NCBI GenBank assembly: GCA_902526005.1
Contig: CABZIW010000001.1
Span: 196,511-260,510, forward strand
Reading direction: 5' to 3'
From: an uncultured Pelagibacteraceae bacterium
GTDB lineage: Bacteria; Pseudomonadota; Alphaproteobacteria; Pelagibacterales; AG-422-B15
Length of the DNA: 64,000 nt
This document shows positions 19,813 through 31,081 of the stretch, one piece after another; positions within the stretch are counted from its first letter, which is position 1; each line of letters begins with the position of its first letter. A program made the position numbers and the translations under genes. The notes under the pieces were generated by a model. That model searched no databases and was not told the origin of the DNA. It saw nothing but the letters and a program-made list of their open reading frames with translations.

Positions 19813-21104
19813 CAATTTTTGCACTATCGACTGCCAGTGGTGTTGCGGGGTTAGCGGTTGTAAGAGTCTCTGGACATCTAGCGCTCACAGCTCTTAAAAC
19901 CATTTCTAGAAAGAGTCACTTCGATCCAAACGTCTTAACAAAATCAGAATTTTATGATCCAGAAAGCGGTAACTTAATTGACAAAGGTCTTGCTGTGTTT
20001 TTCTCAAAACCAAAAAGTTTCACAGGTGAAGATGTTGTTGAGTTTCATGTTCATGGCGGCCATACAACTGTTCAGCTTTTACTTAAATCGCTTTCTAATA
20101 TTGATCAGTTGAGACTTGCTCAACCCGGTGAATTTTCAAAAAGAGCATTTGTGAATAACAAAATGGATCTTACAGCAATTGAAGCTATGGGTGATCTAAT
20201 TAATGCGCAAACTGAAATCCAACATAATCAAGCACTGTCTCAGATGAATGGCTCACTGAATAAATTATATTTGTCATGGAGAAAGTCTCTAATAGAGTTA
20301 GTAGCTTATCTTGAAGCGGATATAGATTTTGCAGATGAAGACATTCCTGAAAATGTTCTTAACAACATCAATTCGAAAATTGAAAAAGTTTTAGACGAAA
20401 TGAATGAGCACTTAAAACAAAGTAATCAAGGAGAAATATTAAGAGACGGTTATAAAGTCGCCATCATTGGATCTCCAAATGTTGGCAAATCAAGTTTGAT
20501 AAATTCACTTGCCAATCGTGATGTTGCAATTGTGTCTGATAGGGAGGGCACGACCAGAGACGCGATTGAAGCAAGGCTAAATATTGCAGGATTTCCAGTC
20601 ATTTTAACAGACACTGCAGGTTTAAGAGACACTGAAGATGAGATCGAAAAAAAAGGAATTGAAATAACTCAAAGTAAAATAAAAGAAGCAAATTTAGTTT
20701 TGGAATTATTTGACGATCCAAATGATGTTGAGTTACATCAGGATCGACTTACAGTTCTAAATAAATGTGACTTGCATAATAATTATAAAAAAGAAGGCTG
20801 TATCAATATTTCAGTTTCAAATGGAAGTGGTATTGATAATTTAATCAATAAAATTGCTAAGCACGTATCAAGCAAATTCATAAGTTACACCGATACAATA
20901 CCAACAAAAACTCGATACATTCTAGGTGTTCAAAATTCAATACAAAGTTTACTCAGTGCAAAAAGTATAGATTTAAAAGTTAATTCTGAACTTATGGTTG
21001 AAGAGTTAAGATTAGCCATTCAAGAAATCGGAAAAATAACTGGTCATGTTGATGTTGAAGAATATTTAGAAGTTATTTTTAAAGATTTTTGCATCGGTAA
21101 ATAA
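19809..21104 (+). CDS. mnmE: tRNA modification GTPase MnmE
   Basis: TIFALST, SFTGEDVVEFHVHGG, GSPNVGKSS, GTTRD, DTAG, FCIGK. Confidence 0.98.
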   Translation: MTIFALSTASGVAGLAVVRVSGHLALTALKTISRKSHFDPNVLTKSEFYDPESGNLIDKGLAVFFSKPKSFTGEDVVEFHVHGGHTTVQLLLKSLSNIDQLRLAQPGEFSKRAFVNNKMDLTAIEAMGDLINAQTEIQHNQALSQMNGSLNKLYLSWRKSLIELVAYLEADIDFADEDIPENVLNNINSKIEKVLDEMNEHLKQSNQGEILRDGYKVAIIGSPNVGKSSLINSLANRDVAIVSDREGTTRDAIEARLNIAGFPVILTDTAGLRDTEDEIEKKGIEITQSKIKEANLVLELFDDPNDVELHQDRLTVLNKCDLHNNYKKEGCINISVSNGSGIDNLINKIAKHVSSKFISYTDTIPTKTRYILGVQNSIQSLLSAKSIDLKVNSELMVEELRLAIQEIGKITGHVDVEEYLEVIFKDFCIGK

Positions 21105-21152
21105 AAAAATAATTGATTGCAATTAGTCTAAGTTAATTTAATTAACTTAATC

Positions 21153-23021
21153 ATGACTAGTTATGATGTTGTTGTAGTTGGAGGAGGGCATGCTGGCTGT
21201 GAAGCTGCGACTACTTCTGCACGTGTTGGTGCAAAAACCCTCTTAATCAGCCATAAATTCGATACCATTGGTGAGATGTCCTGTAACCCTGCAATCGGTG
21301 GTCTTGGTAAGGGCCATTTAGTAAGGGAAATCGATGCTCTGGATGGAATAATGGGGCGTATAGCTGACTTATCAAGTATTCAATATAGATTACTCAATAG
21401 AACAAAAGGCCCTGCAGTAAGAGGACCAAGAGCTCAATCGGATAGAAAGCTCTATAAAAAACACATGCAGGAGAAGATTGAAAATACACAAAATTTAGAA
21501 CTTTTGTTTGACCCTGTAGAAGATTTAATTTTTGATAATAATAAACAAATTGCTGGTGTGATTTGCGCAAGTGGTAAAAAAATATCTACCAAAAAAGTTA
21601 TCATTACAACTGGTACATTTTTGAATGGCTTAATCCACTTAGGTGACAAAACCATTCCGGCTGGAAGACATGGCGATTCTGCCTCAATAGGACTTGCTAA
21701 CTCACTCTATAAAACTGGCTTTAATATCGGACGTTTAAAAACTGGGACACCTGCGAGACTGGATAAAAATACAATAGACTTTTCTAAGCTTGAAAAACAG
21801 GAAGCTGACGATGAGCACTCTTACTTTTCATTTTTAACTACAAAAACTTATAATGAACAATTACCGTGCCACATGACGTATACAAATGAGGCCGTTCACA
21901 ATATAATTCAAAAAAATATAACAAAATCAGCTATTTACTCAGGTCAAATCAGCGGTACAGGGCCAAGATATTGCCCTTCTGTAGAAGATAAAGTTGTAAA
22001 ATTTGCAGATAAATTGAGGCATCAAATTTTCTTAGAACCAGAAGGACTTGATAGTGATTTAATATATCCAAATGGCATCTCAACTTCACTCCCGCCAGAT
22101 GTACAGGACGAATTCATAAGTAAAATCAATGGTTTAGAGAGTGCTAAAATAGTAAGGCACGGTTATGCAATTGAATATGATTTTATTGATCCACAAGAAC
22201 TTTACCAAACATTGGAAACAAAAAAAATAAAAGGTCTTTATCTTGCTGGCCAAATAAACGGCACAACAGGTTATGAGGAAGCTGCTGCGCAAGGGCTTGT
22301 AGCAGGTTTGAATGCTGCTATCTCCCTAAGTAATAAAGAACATGTTTTTTCAAGAAACGACTCATACATTGGTGTAATGATTGACGACTTAACTCTAAAA
22401 GGGGTTACTGAGCCCTACAGAATGTTCACTTCTAGGGCAGAATACAGATTGTTATTAAGAGCAGATAATGCAGATTTAAGACTAACAAAGATTGGGTACA
22501 ATTTAGGGTTAGTTGAAGCTGGCAGATATGAAAAGTATTCAGCTAAAAAAATTGAACTAGAAAAAGTCAATAAAATTGTTAAAAATCAATATGTTACACC
22601 TAATGCACTTTCAAAGATTGGGGTTCAAATTAATCAAGATGGCAAAAAAAGATCAGCTTTTGACTTATTAGCTTATCCTAATATCGATATTGATAAAATA
22701 GATGAGATCTTTGACTTAAATCTAAAGCAATATAGTAATGAAATTCTTGATCAAATAACAACAGAGGCTCATTACAAAGGCTATCTTAAAAAGCAAGAAA
22801 GTGAGATCATTTCACTTACTAAAGAAGAAAAAGTTGAAATTCCACCTAATCTTAAATACGAATTAATTCCCAGTTTATCAACAGAAATCATTGAAAAACT
22901 AACAAAAATTAAGCCTAAAAACTTATCTCAAGCATCAAGAATTGATGGTGTAACACCTGCAGCCCTCAGTGTTATTTTATCATATATAAAAACCAAAGCT
23001 AAATCACAAAAATTAGCTTAA
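21153..23021 (+). CDS. mnmG: tRNA uridine 5-carboxymethylaminomethyl modification enzyme MnmG/GidA
   Basis: GGGHAGCEAA, MSCNPAIGG, GPRYCPS.EDK, AGQINGTTGYEEAAAQG. Confidence 0.99.
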   Translation: MTSYDVVVVGGGHAGCEAATTSARVGAKTLLISHKFDTIGEMSCNPAIGGLGKGHLVREIDALDGIMGRIADLSSIQYRLLNRTKGPAVRGPRAQSDRKLYKKHMQEKIENTQNLELLFDPVEDLIFDNNKQIAGVICASGKKISTKKVIITTGTFLNGLIHLGDKTIPAGRHGDSASIGLANSLYKTGFNIGRLKTGTPARLDKNTIDFSKLEKQEADDEHSYFSFLTTKTYNEQLPCHMTYTNEAVHNIIQKNITKSAIYSGQISGTGPRYCPSVEDKVVKFADKLRHQIFLEPEGLDSDLIYPNGISTSLPPDVQDEFISKINGLESAKIVRHGYAIEYDFIDPQELYQTLETKKIKGLYLAGQINGTTGYEEAAAQGLVAGLNAAISLSNKEHVFSRNDSYIGVMIDDLTLKGVTEPYRMFTSRAEYRLLLRADNADLRLTKIGYNLGLVEAGRYEKYSAKKIELEKVNKIVKNQYVTPNALSKIGVQINQDGKKRSAFDLLAYPNIDIDKIDEIFDLNLKQYSNEILDQITTEAHYKGYLKKQESEIISLTKEEKVEIPPNLKYELIPSLSTEIIEKLTKIKPKNLSQASRIDGVTPAALSVILSYIKTKAKSQKLA

Positions 23022-23031
23022 TATCAAAATA

Positions 23032-23655
23032 ATGATTGATTCGCCTGATGCTCTAAAGGAGCTCTTGCCAAATGTTTCACGTGAAACAATTGAAAAATTG
23101 GCTGAATTCAGGGAAATGATTTTGGCAGAAGACCAAAACTTAATTTCAAAGAATGATAAAAACTTTATCTGGATAAGACATTTCTATGATTCTTTAAGAT
23201 TAGTGCAGTTTATAAATAGCAATGGAAATGATATCATTGATATTGGTAGCGGTGCTGGCCTTCCAGGTATACCAGTTTCGATAATATTTGGCTCGAAAAA
23301 TAAGGTTTTTTTGTGTGAAAATAGACCTAAAAGAGTATCGTTTCTTAATAAATGTATTGTTAACTTAGATCTTAAAAATACTGAAGTGATTCCCATTAAA
23401 GCAGAAAAAATTGAAAATAAAAAATTTGATATCATTTTAGCAAGAGCTGTTAGTCAATTAAATCATTTATTATCAATAAGTTATAATATATGCAAAAAAA
23501 ACACTACATTGCTTCTGCATAAAGGTGTACATATAGATGAAGAGATCGTGCAAGCTACTAAATATTGGGATTTTACTCATGTATTGTATGAAAATGAAAG
23601 AAAAAAGGGTTCTTTTATTTTGGAATTAAAAAATATAATAAAATCAATAACTTAA
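23032..23655 (+). CDS. rsmG: 16S rRNA m7G527 methyltransferase RsmG/GidB
   Basis: RHFYDS, DIGSGAGLPGI, ARAV, KG. Confidence 0.95.
   Translation: MIDSPDALKELLPNVSRETIEKLAEFREMILAEDQNLISKNDKNFIWIRHFYDSLRLVQFINSNGNDIIDIGSGAGLPGIPVSIIFGSKNKVFLCENRPKRVSFLNKCIVNLDLKNTEVIPIKAEKIENKKFDIILARAVSQLNHLLSISYNICKKNTTLLLHKGVHIDEEIVQATKYWDFTHVLYENERKKGSFILELKNIIKSIT
23073..23088. promoter_or_regulatory. parS centromere site
   Basis: Perfect 16-bp palindrome TGTTTCACGTGAAACA, the canonical parS consensus, about 0.6 kb upstream of parA. Confidence 0.92.
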
Positions 23656-24443
23656 TGAAAAATAAAATAATAGCTATCTCAAATCAGAAAGGTGGAGTGG
23701 GAAAAACTACAACAGCAATAAACTTATCCACAGCCTTAGCTGCTATTGGGGAAAAAGTTTTAATTATTGATCTCGACCCTCAAGGAAATGCTAGTACGGG
23801 TTTAGGTATAGATTATCAAAACAGAAATAATTCAATTTATGAAGTTCTTGCATCTCAATGCAATTTATTTGATGCAATTCAAAATACTGTAATAGAAAAT
23901 TTAAAAATCATTCCATCTACTGTGGATCTATCAGGTATTGAACCTGAACTTGCTGAAGTAAATGATAGAGCTTTTACACTTAAAAAAATTTTAACAGACC
24001 AAAACTCATTAAATGATTTTAGTTTTGTTTTTATTGATTGCCCACCAGCTTTAAGCCTTCTCACTGTCATGGCAATGACCGCAGCTGACTCCGTTATAGT
24101 CCCACTTCAATGTGAATTTTTTGCTTTAGAAGGTCTTAGTCAATTAATAAAAACAATTGATAGGGTTAAACAAAATCTAAATCAAAATCTAACAATCGAT
24201 GGAATAGTTTTAACAATGTTTGATGGAAGAAATAAACTTTCTTCACAAGTTGCTGACGATGTTAAAAAACATTTAAGTCAACAAGTATATGAAACCATCA
24301 TACCCCGTAACGTAAGAGTTTCAGAAGCTCCTTCATTTGGTATGCCTGCATTAATTTATGATCAAAAGGCTGCTGGTAGCCAGGCATATTTAAGATTAGC
24401 GGATGAGATCATAAGACAAAACAAAGAACAGGAGGCAGCATAA
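23655..24443 (+). CDS. parA: Chromosome partitioning ATPase ParA
   Basis: NQKGGVGKTTT, DLDPQGNAS, IDCPP, CEFFALEGL, PRNVRVSEAPSFG. Confidence 0.98.
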   Translation: MKNKIIAISNQKGGVGKTTTAINLSTALAAIGEKVLIIDLDPQGNASTGLGIDYQNRNNSIYEVLASQCNLFDAIQNTVIENLKIIPSTVDLSGIEPELAEVNDRAFTLKKILTDQNSLNDFSFVFIDCPPALSLLTVMAMTAADSVIVPLQCEFFALEGLSQLIKTIDRVKQNLNQNLTIDGIVLTMFDGRNKLSSQVADDVKKHLSQQVYETIIPRNVRVSEAPSFGMPALIYDQKAAGSQAYLRLADEIIRQNKEQEAA

Positions 24444-25303
24444 TGAGTTCATCAATTTCAAAAAAAGGTTTAGGTCGCGGACTTTCATCGCTTATGGGTG
24501 ATACTAAAGATGACTCAATTCAAAATGAAACTTCAAATCAAGAAACAAAAATTTCAATTTCAAATTTAAAACCAAGCCCGTCACAGCCTCGAAGATTATT
24601 TGATAAAAATAGTATTAATGAATTAGCTGAATCCATAAAATCAAAAGGGCTTGTTCAACCAATATTAGTTAGACCCTCACAAACAGAGTCTGGAACATAT
24701 GAAATTATTGCAGGTGAGAGAAGATGGCGAGCAGCCCAAATTGCACAACTTCATGAAGTTCCTGCAGTTATTAGAAAACTAGATGATCAAGAAGCATTGG
24801 AAATAGCAATTATAGAAAATGTACAACGTTCTGATCTATCTCCAATCGAAGAAGCTGCGGGATATAAAAGATTAATTGAAAACTACGGACATACCCAAGA
24901 AGCACTTGCAGAAATTGTTGGTAAAAGCAGAAGTCATATTGCAAACATAATTAGATTACTTGGTTTACCTCAGTCTATTCAAGATATGATTTCAGAGGGA
25001 AAGATTTCATCAGGTCATGCCCGAGCTATCATGAATAGTGCTTTTCCAGAACAACTAGCAGAAAAAATTGTAAGCGAAAATTTAAGCGTAAGAGCCGCAG
25101 AAGACCTCGCTAAACAGAGAAAGCCAGGCGTCAAGAAAGTTAAATTAAAAGATCCTGATACTATTGATTTAGAAAATAACTTAACAGCAAGGCTCGGATT
25201 AAGTGTATCGATTGATCACAAAGGAAAAAAGGGCGGTTCAATAAAAATAGAATATAAATCTCTTGATCAGTTAGAATTAGTGACTGCTAAATTAAAAAAT
25301 TAA
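24443..25303 (+). CDS. parB: Chromosome partitioning protein ParB
   Basis: LGRGLSSL, QPRR.F, IAGERRWRAA, ENVQR.DL, HTH GKSRSHIAN. Confidence 0.98.
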   Translation: MSSSISKKGLGRGLSSLMGDTKDDSIQNETSNQETKISISNLKPSPSQPRRLFDKNSINELAESIKSKGLVQPILVRPSQTESGTYEIIAGERRWRAAQIAQLHEVPAVIRKLDDQEALEIAIIENVQRSDLSPIEEAAGYKRLIENYGHTQEALAEIVGKSRSHIANIIRLLGLPQSIQDMISEGKISSGHARAIMNSAFPEQLAEKIVSENLSVRAAEDLAKQRKPGVKKVKLKDPDTIDLENNLTARLGLSVSIDHKGKKGGSIKIEYKSLDQLELVTAKLKN

Positions 25304-26325
25304 TTTTTAAAATATTGCCTTCCATTATTTGCAATTAATAATATTGATTTTTCACAATTTATATTTGCTAATTTACTGTTCAATTTGCATGTAACCTCAG
25401 TTTCCAGTAGTCTGTTAAGACTTGCCTCAATGCTTCGTAAGGGCCATTTGAAACAATGTTTTTGAAAGTTGTCTTTATCTTTCCAGAAAACAGGTGGTTT
25501 CAGTATCTTTATTGAACTATCAAAGTTATTGCCTTTTTTCATTTCAATTTTAGTTTGTTGAACTCTTAATAAGTAGTTTATTAGACTTCTTACGAGGCTA
25601 ATTGGACTTGTTCCCTCAGATAAAAGTTTATTTATTACTTTGGAACTCTTAGATGTATTTCCAAACATGACATGTTCGTTCATTTTATTTAAGTTTTGAG
25701 AGCTTGAGTCATTGAGTAAAATCTTAATTTCTTCAAGCTTAATTTTTGAATTAGAGTTCTTATAAAATATTTCAATTTTTTCAAGTTCACGCTTGCTTAT
25801 CATGCGGTCATTACTTAGTGATTGTAATAGATAATTTTTTATATCGTGGTTTAATTCAAATTTATTTTTTCTGGTAAATTCCTCAATATTTTTCATTATT
25901 GAACGGCTATCATCTTCATAACATGGAAGCGATAAACAAGTTTTGTGTTCTTCAAAAAATTTTCTAATTTTTGAAGATTTACTTAAATTACCCTCTCTTA
26001 TAATTAGAGCTCCTTGTCTCGGTGCCTTTAAAACAATTTCTTCAATTATGCTTAAGTGTTTATCTTTTATTCCATCAGCAATAACAATTTTATTTTTGAA
26101 GAACATGGAAACCGACCGAATAATTGCTTCTAGAGAGCCTGGGTCGTCATCTAAATCTTTTCCATTAAAACTAACTTCTTCATATTCACCTTGCGAAAAA
26201 TAATTTTTTGTTATTTTTATTATTTGGTCTTTTACAAGACCCTCATTTGGACCATATATTAAAATATTTAAAAACTGTGTATTGTCTTTAATGATTTTTT
26301 CTAACTGATATTCCTTAATGACCAT
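25300..26325 (-). CDS. holA: DNA polymerase III delta subunit
   Basis: LIYGPNEGLV, LSKSSKIRKFFE, PCYED, PPVFWKDK; leuS-lptE-holA synteny. Confidence 0.9.
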   Translation of the reverse strand: MVIKEYQLEKIIKDNTQFLNILIYGPNEGLVKDQIIKITKNYFSQGEYEEVSFNGKDLDDDPGSLEAIIRSVSMFFKNKIVIADGIKDKHLSIIEEIVLKAPRQGALIIREGNLSKSSKIRKFFEEHKTCLSLPCYEDDSRSIMKNIEEFTRKNKFELNHDIKNYLLQSLSNDRMISKRELEKIEIFYKNSNSKIKLEEIKILLNDSSSQNLNKMNEHVMFGNTSKSSKVINKLLSEGTSPISLVRSLINYLLRVQQTKIEMKKGNNFDSSIKILKPPVFWKDKDNFQKHCFKWPLRSIEASLNRLLETEVTCKLNSKLANINCEKSILLIANNGRQYFKN

Positions 26326-26793
26326 TTATCTTGAAATACTACTTTGGATTCTAGACGTCATTAACTGAATAGCATTTTTTGTAGCAATTTTGGTCATACT
26401 TTGTCTTGTATCTTCATTGACTATTTCTGAACCAGTAACATCATATTGAGCAAAACCCCGCGTGGTTCCAGTGGAAATGACTTCACCGCTATCTATTTGT
26501 AAAAGTTCATACTTTATTTCTATTTCGATTCTATATTTTGCAACTGTTCCATTAGTATTTACGATTAATGGAGTTAAATCCTCATGTATAGTAAGGAGTG
26601 CCTTATACCTTTGATCTTCACTTTGAACGATAGTGCTATTAACTTCTTCAATAATCTCTCTTGCAACTTGGTTAGTAACCTCGACAGAATAACCGTCTAT
26701 GCTTGCATCATCACTTGTCATTTTATAAATAGGTTTAAAACCACACCCTAAAAATATAAAAAAAACTGCTAAAGTGGCTAAAAACTTACTCAC
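26326..26793 (-). CDS. lptE: LPS-assembly lipoprotein LptE-like
   Basis: Lipobox-like FLGCGFKPIY; position between leuS and holA; GTG start. Confidence 0.75.
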   Translation of the reverse strand: MSKFLATLAVFFIFLGCGFKPIYKMTSDDASIDGYSVEVTNQVAREIIEEVNSTIVQSEDQRYKALLTIHEDLTPLIVNTNGTVAKYRIEIEIKYELLQIDSGEVISTGTTRGFAQYDVTGSEIVNEDTRQSMTKIATKNAIQLMTSRIQSSISR

Positions 26794-28496
26794 GATTTAA
26801 ATTCCGATAACATTTCAGATAAATAGTCTTCATACTTTTTCCAAGCCCCAATAGATTTATTGTTAATTGGATTTCTCACTTGTTCAATACTTGCAGTTCT
26901 AACTTGCCTTTTGTTCTTATGAAATTCTAGGCATTGTTCTTCCCAATCTAGCTCACAATGTTCAATTAATTTTTTTGATACAGTCTCTTGGTTATGAACT
27001 AATTCCTCGTTGTCTAAAATAAAAATATCATCTGCATGCTTTTTAAGCCAAAATTTCATAAGGTCTTGATGCAGTTTATAGTATTGGACTAACATTTTTT
27101 GATTGTATGAATATTGATGTGAAACTTCCACAAATTTGTGTGAATATAATGAAAAACAGTTATCTATAGGATCCCTTTTACAGTAGATTATTTTTGCTTC
27201 GGGCAAAATCAGTTTAATTAATCCAATAAATATAAAATTATGAGGCATTTTGTCACAAATATAAATGGAGTCACCTTTATCTCGTTTGGATAATTTATCG
27301 AGATACTGCTCTCTGGCAGTCTTTAAACTGTTTTGTTTTTTAATAAAAGATTCAAGATTATTTATTTGATTTTTGGTTGGTTGAATTAGACGAAAATCAA
27401 GGACCTCTGCTAGATAATCTAATTCTCCCGCACCAGTAATTTTTGAATGAGAAGAAAGTATTTGTTCACATAGAGTCGTTCCCGATCTTGGCATCCCACA
27501 TACAAAGATAGGTATCTGTTTATTAATTTTGCCTTCAAATTCAAAATCAATATTTTTTGAAAAAATCGTTTGCAATTTATTGAAAAATTTTTTTTCACTT
27601 TCTAAATTAAAATCTTTCAGGGCATATTGTGCGTTATTGCCTTTTATGAGATATGATCCTGCTTTTTTATAGTCGCTTTGATTTTTATAATATTCAAAAA
27701 AAGAATGGCAAATCAGTGTTTTATCTTCAGATTTAAGTTCTTTTTCTGCCAGAAGTTGATCATAATAATTAATATGTTCTTCTTTTAGCTTGTTTTTTTT
27801 ATCTTTAGTGAAGCCTAATAAATAAGCAATGTTTTTATAATCACTTTTGAAACCCTCAGAAGATATTTTGTTAGCCTTTCTGAACTCTCCTATTTCTCTG
27901 TAAGCTGTTGACAAGTTGTGTTTAAAATTGTCATTGTTAGGAAAATTTTTATTTAATTTCTCAAGTACCTCAATAGCTTCTTCAGGCCGATTATTAATAA
28001 TTAAGGCTTTAGCGTATTGGTCCAAAGCTATCGGGTTACCTGGCTGTATCTTTATTGATAATTGTGAATAGTGAATAGCATTTTTAGGATCATTAATTTT
28101 ATGATAATAACCTGCTAAATTATTTATTGTTGGTACATAATTAGAATTAATTTTAAATGACTGGCTTAAGCATTTATGTGCTAGCTCATAATTCTTATTT
28201 TCCATGTGTATTGTTGCTAAATTACTAAGGGCTTGAAATCCCTTTGGATTGACTTTTAATGCCTGGAGAAAATAATTATAAGCCTTTTCGTATTGTTCTA
28301 AATCTTGATAGAGAATACCTAAGTGCCTTATAGCTTCATAATTTTTAGGCTCACTTGATAAAACTTTATTATATAAAGCTTCAGCTTTAACGTAATTCTT
28401 GTTTGTGTGAAGCCTTATGCCCTCAAGTAAATCTTGGTTGACTGTCTGATTGAGTTTATTATTTTTTTTCTGTCTTCTTCGTTCGTGTCTGTTCAT
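26790..28496 (-). CDS. TPR-repeat sulfotransferase family protein
   Basis: N-terminal TPRs; [21 protein letters not shown] (5'-PSB), [16 protein letters not shown] (3'-PB), VRTAS.EQVR. Confidence 0.92.
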   Translation of the reverse strand: MNRHERRRQKKNNKLNQTVNQDLLEGIRLHTNKNYVKAEALYNKVLSSEPKNYEAIRHLGILYQDLEQYEKAYNYFLQALKVNPKGFQALSNLATIHMENKNYELAHKCLSQSFKINSNYVPTINNLAGYYHKINDPKNAIHYSQLSIKIQPGNPIALDQYAKALIINNRPEEAIEVLEKLNKNFPNNDNFKHNLSTAYREIGEFRKANKISSEGFKSDYKNIAYLLGFTKDKKNKLKEEHINYYDQLLAEKELKSEDKTLICHSFFEYYKNQSDYKKAGSYLIKGNNAQYALKDFNLESEKKFFNKLQTIFSKNIDFEFEGKINKQIPIFVCGMPRSGTTLCEQILSSHSKITGAGELDYLAEVLDFRLIQPTKNQINNLESFIKKQNSLKTAREQYLDKLSKRDKGDSIYICDKMPHNFIFIGLIKLILPEAKIIYCKRDPIDNCFSLYSHKFVEVSHQYSYNQKMLVQYYKLHQDLMKFWLKKHADDIFILDNEELVHNQETVSKKLIEHCELDWEEQCLEFHKNKRQVRTASIEQVRNPINNKSIGAWKKYEDYLSEMLSEFKS

Positions 28497-31063
28497 TTTT
28501 CAACAACAATGTTAAGTATTTTATTTGGAACATAGATTGATTTTAATATATTTTTTCCCGATAAGGCGTCTTTAATGTTTTTTATATTTAGAATTTCTTT
28601 TTCAACTTCTTTTCCTGATGTATCTTTTGAAACAACAACTTCTCCACGCCGTTTACCATTTATCTGAATGACAACTGTAACCTCTTTATTTTCTAAATAC
28701 TTAGTATTTATTTTTGGCCAAGGCTCATCCATAATCGATCCACTTTTTCCAACTAATGACCAACATTCTTCAGCCAAATGAGGAACCATCGGCTCGATTA
28801 CTCTAATTAGGATGTGTAGTGCTTCATTGATTGCCTCCTTGCCTTCCTCATCTTCTATTTGAAATTTAGAAATTGTGTTAACTATCTCAAAAACTTTTGC
28901 AATTGAGACATTCATTTGAAATTTCTCAATGCTCTGAGTTATTGCATGAAGGTTTTGATGAATAATTCTTATAAAATCTAGAGATTTTCCTTGATATGTT
29001 TTGTCATTACAGTTTGTTGTTTGTTTTAGGTTTTCACTATTATTTTGAACAATCGTCCAAATTTTCTGACATATCTTCCACGCTCCATTGATACCCGAGT
29101 CTGTCCAATTAATGTCTTTTTCAGGAGGACTGTCAGACAACATAAACCATCTTGCTGAGTCGGCTCCGTATGTACTTATTATTGACTCAGGATCAATTAC
29201 GTTTTTCTTTGATTTAGACATCGACTCAATTTCACCCATAGTAACCGGTTCACCAGTGGATATTTGAAAAAACTTCGAGTCTTTCTTCTCCACATCGTCA
29301 GGATAAACCCAGGCATTAGATTCATTTTGAAATGTGTGATGACAAACCATGCCTTGTGTAAATAGGCTATCAAAAGGCTCATCCATTTCTTTGATGTTGA
29401 GAGCTTTAGTAAAAAATCTAGAATACAATAAATGCAGGATGGCATGCTCGACACCACCAACGTATTGATCAACTGGCATCCAATAATTTATTTCATCCAA
29501 GTTATAAGGTTCTTTTGTCTCGTGCGGTGAACAAAATCTCAAAAAATACCATGCTGAGTCGACGAAAGTATCTAGTGTGTCTGTTTCTCTTATAGCATTC
29601 ATTCCTGTTTCAGGACACTTTGTAAATTTCCACTCAGGATGATTGTCAAGAGGATTTCCGGGTATGCTTAAGTCAATATCATCTGGTAATTCCAATGGCA
29701 GTTGGTCCTCAGGGACTTCAATTACTTTACCGTCTTCCCTATACATAATAGGAATTGGACATCCCCAATATCTTTGTCGAGAGACACCCCAATCGCGAAG
29801 TCTAAAGTTAGTAGTCTTCTTTCCTATATGGAGTTCTTCTACTCTTTTGATAATTTCTTGCTTAGCTTCTTCAATAGAAAGATCATTTAAAAATTGAGAA
29901 TTAATAAGTTTGCCACTCCCAGTGTAAGCTGTTTTTTTATCAAGTTCGATATTATCGGATGGATTTATAACTGGGATTATTTCTAAATTATATTTATTTG
30001 CGAAATCAAGGTCTCTTTGGTCATGCGCAGGACAACCATAAATAGCTCCAGATCCATAATCCATTAAGATGAAGTTTGCTATAAAGACTGGAAGCAGTTT
30101 ATTCTCAATAAAAGGATGTTTGATAAACAACTCTGTCTGAATTCCTACTTTTTCATTTTTGGCTATCGATTCCTCGCTAATTTTTTGGGATCTCAATTCA
30201 TTGACTTGACTATATAGGGTTTCATTCTGCTTTATTAATCTATCCACAAAGGGGTGAAAGGGAGATAATGCGCAAAAAGTTGCTCCAAAAATTGTATCCG
30301 GGCGAGTTGTAAAAATTCTTAATCTTTCATCATTAAACTCTTCTAATTTTGAAGAAATTACAAATTCAATTTCACAACCAAAGGATTTTCCAATCCAATT
30401 TTTTTGCATTGTACGAACTTTTTCTGGCCATCCGGACATGTCGTCTAGAACTTTAAGAAGGCTTTCTGCATAGTCAGTAATTTTGAAAAACCATTGTGAC
30501 AGCTTCTTCTGTTCTACCTCAGCCCCTGATCGCCAACCTTTACCGTCTATCACTTGTTCATTTGCAAGTACTGTATTCTCTACTGGATCCCAATTCACGA
30601 GAGACTCTTTTTTGTAAATTAAATTTTTTCTATAAAATTTTAGAAAGAGTTTTTGTTGGTTTTGATAATAAAGCTTATCACACGTTGCAATTTCTCTAGA
30701 CCAATCAATTGAAAGACCCATTTGCTTTAATTGATTTTTCATTGTCTCTATATTTTCGTAAGTCCAAGTTTTAGGTGAAGTTTTATTTTCAATTGCTGCA
30801 TTTTCAGCTGGCAGTCCGAATGCGTCCCATCCCATTGGATGCATCACATTAAATCCTTGAGCCCTTTTATATCTTGCAATTACATCCCCTAATGTATAAT
30901 TACGAACATGCCCCATATGAATTTTTCCTGACGGGTACGGAAACATCTCAAGGATGTAATACTTTTTTTTATCTGATACTATTTTGCTTTCAAATAATTG
31001 ATGTTCACTCCAATAAGATTGCCACTTCTTTTCAACTACTTTAGGATTATATTTTTCTGACAT
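28493..31063 (-). CDS. leuS: Leucine--tRNA ligase
   Basis: [46 protein letters not shown]. Confidence 0.99.
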   Translation of the reverse strand: MSEKYNPKVVEKKWQSYWSEHQLFESKIVSDKKKYYILEMFPYPSGKIHMGHVRNYTLGDVIARYKRAQGFNVMHPMGWDAFGLPAENAAIENKTSPKTWTYENIETMKNQLKQMGLSIDWSREIATCDKLYYQNQQKLFLKFYRKNLIYKKESLVNWDPVENTVLANEQVIDGKGWRSGAEVEQKKLSQWFFKITDYAESLLKVLDDMSGWPEKVRTMQKNWIGKSFGCEIEFVISSKLEEFNDERLRIFTTRPDTIFGATFCALSPFHPFVDRLIKQNETLYSQVNELRSQKISEESIAKNEKVGIQTELFIKHPFIENKLLPVFIANFILMDYGSGAIYGCPAHDQRDLDFANKYNLEIIPVINPSDNIELDKKTAYTGSGKLINSQFLNDLSIEEAKQEIIKRVEELHIGKKTTNFRLRDWGVSRQRYWGCPIPIMYREDGKVIEVPEDQLPLELPDDIDLSIPGNPLDNHPEWKFTKCPETGMNAIRETDTLDTFVDSAWYFLRFCSPHETKEPYNLDEINYWMPVDQYVGGVEHAILHLLYSRFFTKALNIKEMDEPFDSLFTQGMVCHHTFQNESNAWVYPDDVEKKDSKFFQISTGEPVTMGEIESMSKSKKNVIDPESIISTYGADSARWFMLSDSPPEKDINWTDSGINGAWKICQKIWTIVQNNSENLKQTTNCNDKTYQGKSLDFIRIIHQNLHAITQSIEKFQMNVSIAKVFEIVNTISKFQIEDEEGKEAINEALHILIRVIEPMVPHLAEECWSLVGKSGSIMDEPWPKINTKYLENKEVTVVIQINGKRRGEVVVSKDTSGKEVEKEILNIKNIKDALSGKNILKSIYVPNKILNIVVEK

Positions 31064-31081
31064 CAATCAATGGTTAAGGAC

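Noticed and set aside
21121-21152. Possible CtrA site (several TTAA) upstream of mnmG; similar tracts upstream of ftsK and the porin
   Set aside because: No pair has the TTAA-N7-TTAA spacing; TTAA is common in such AT-rich DNA.
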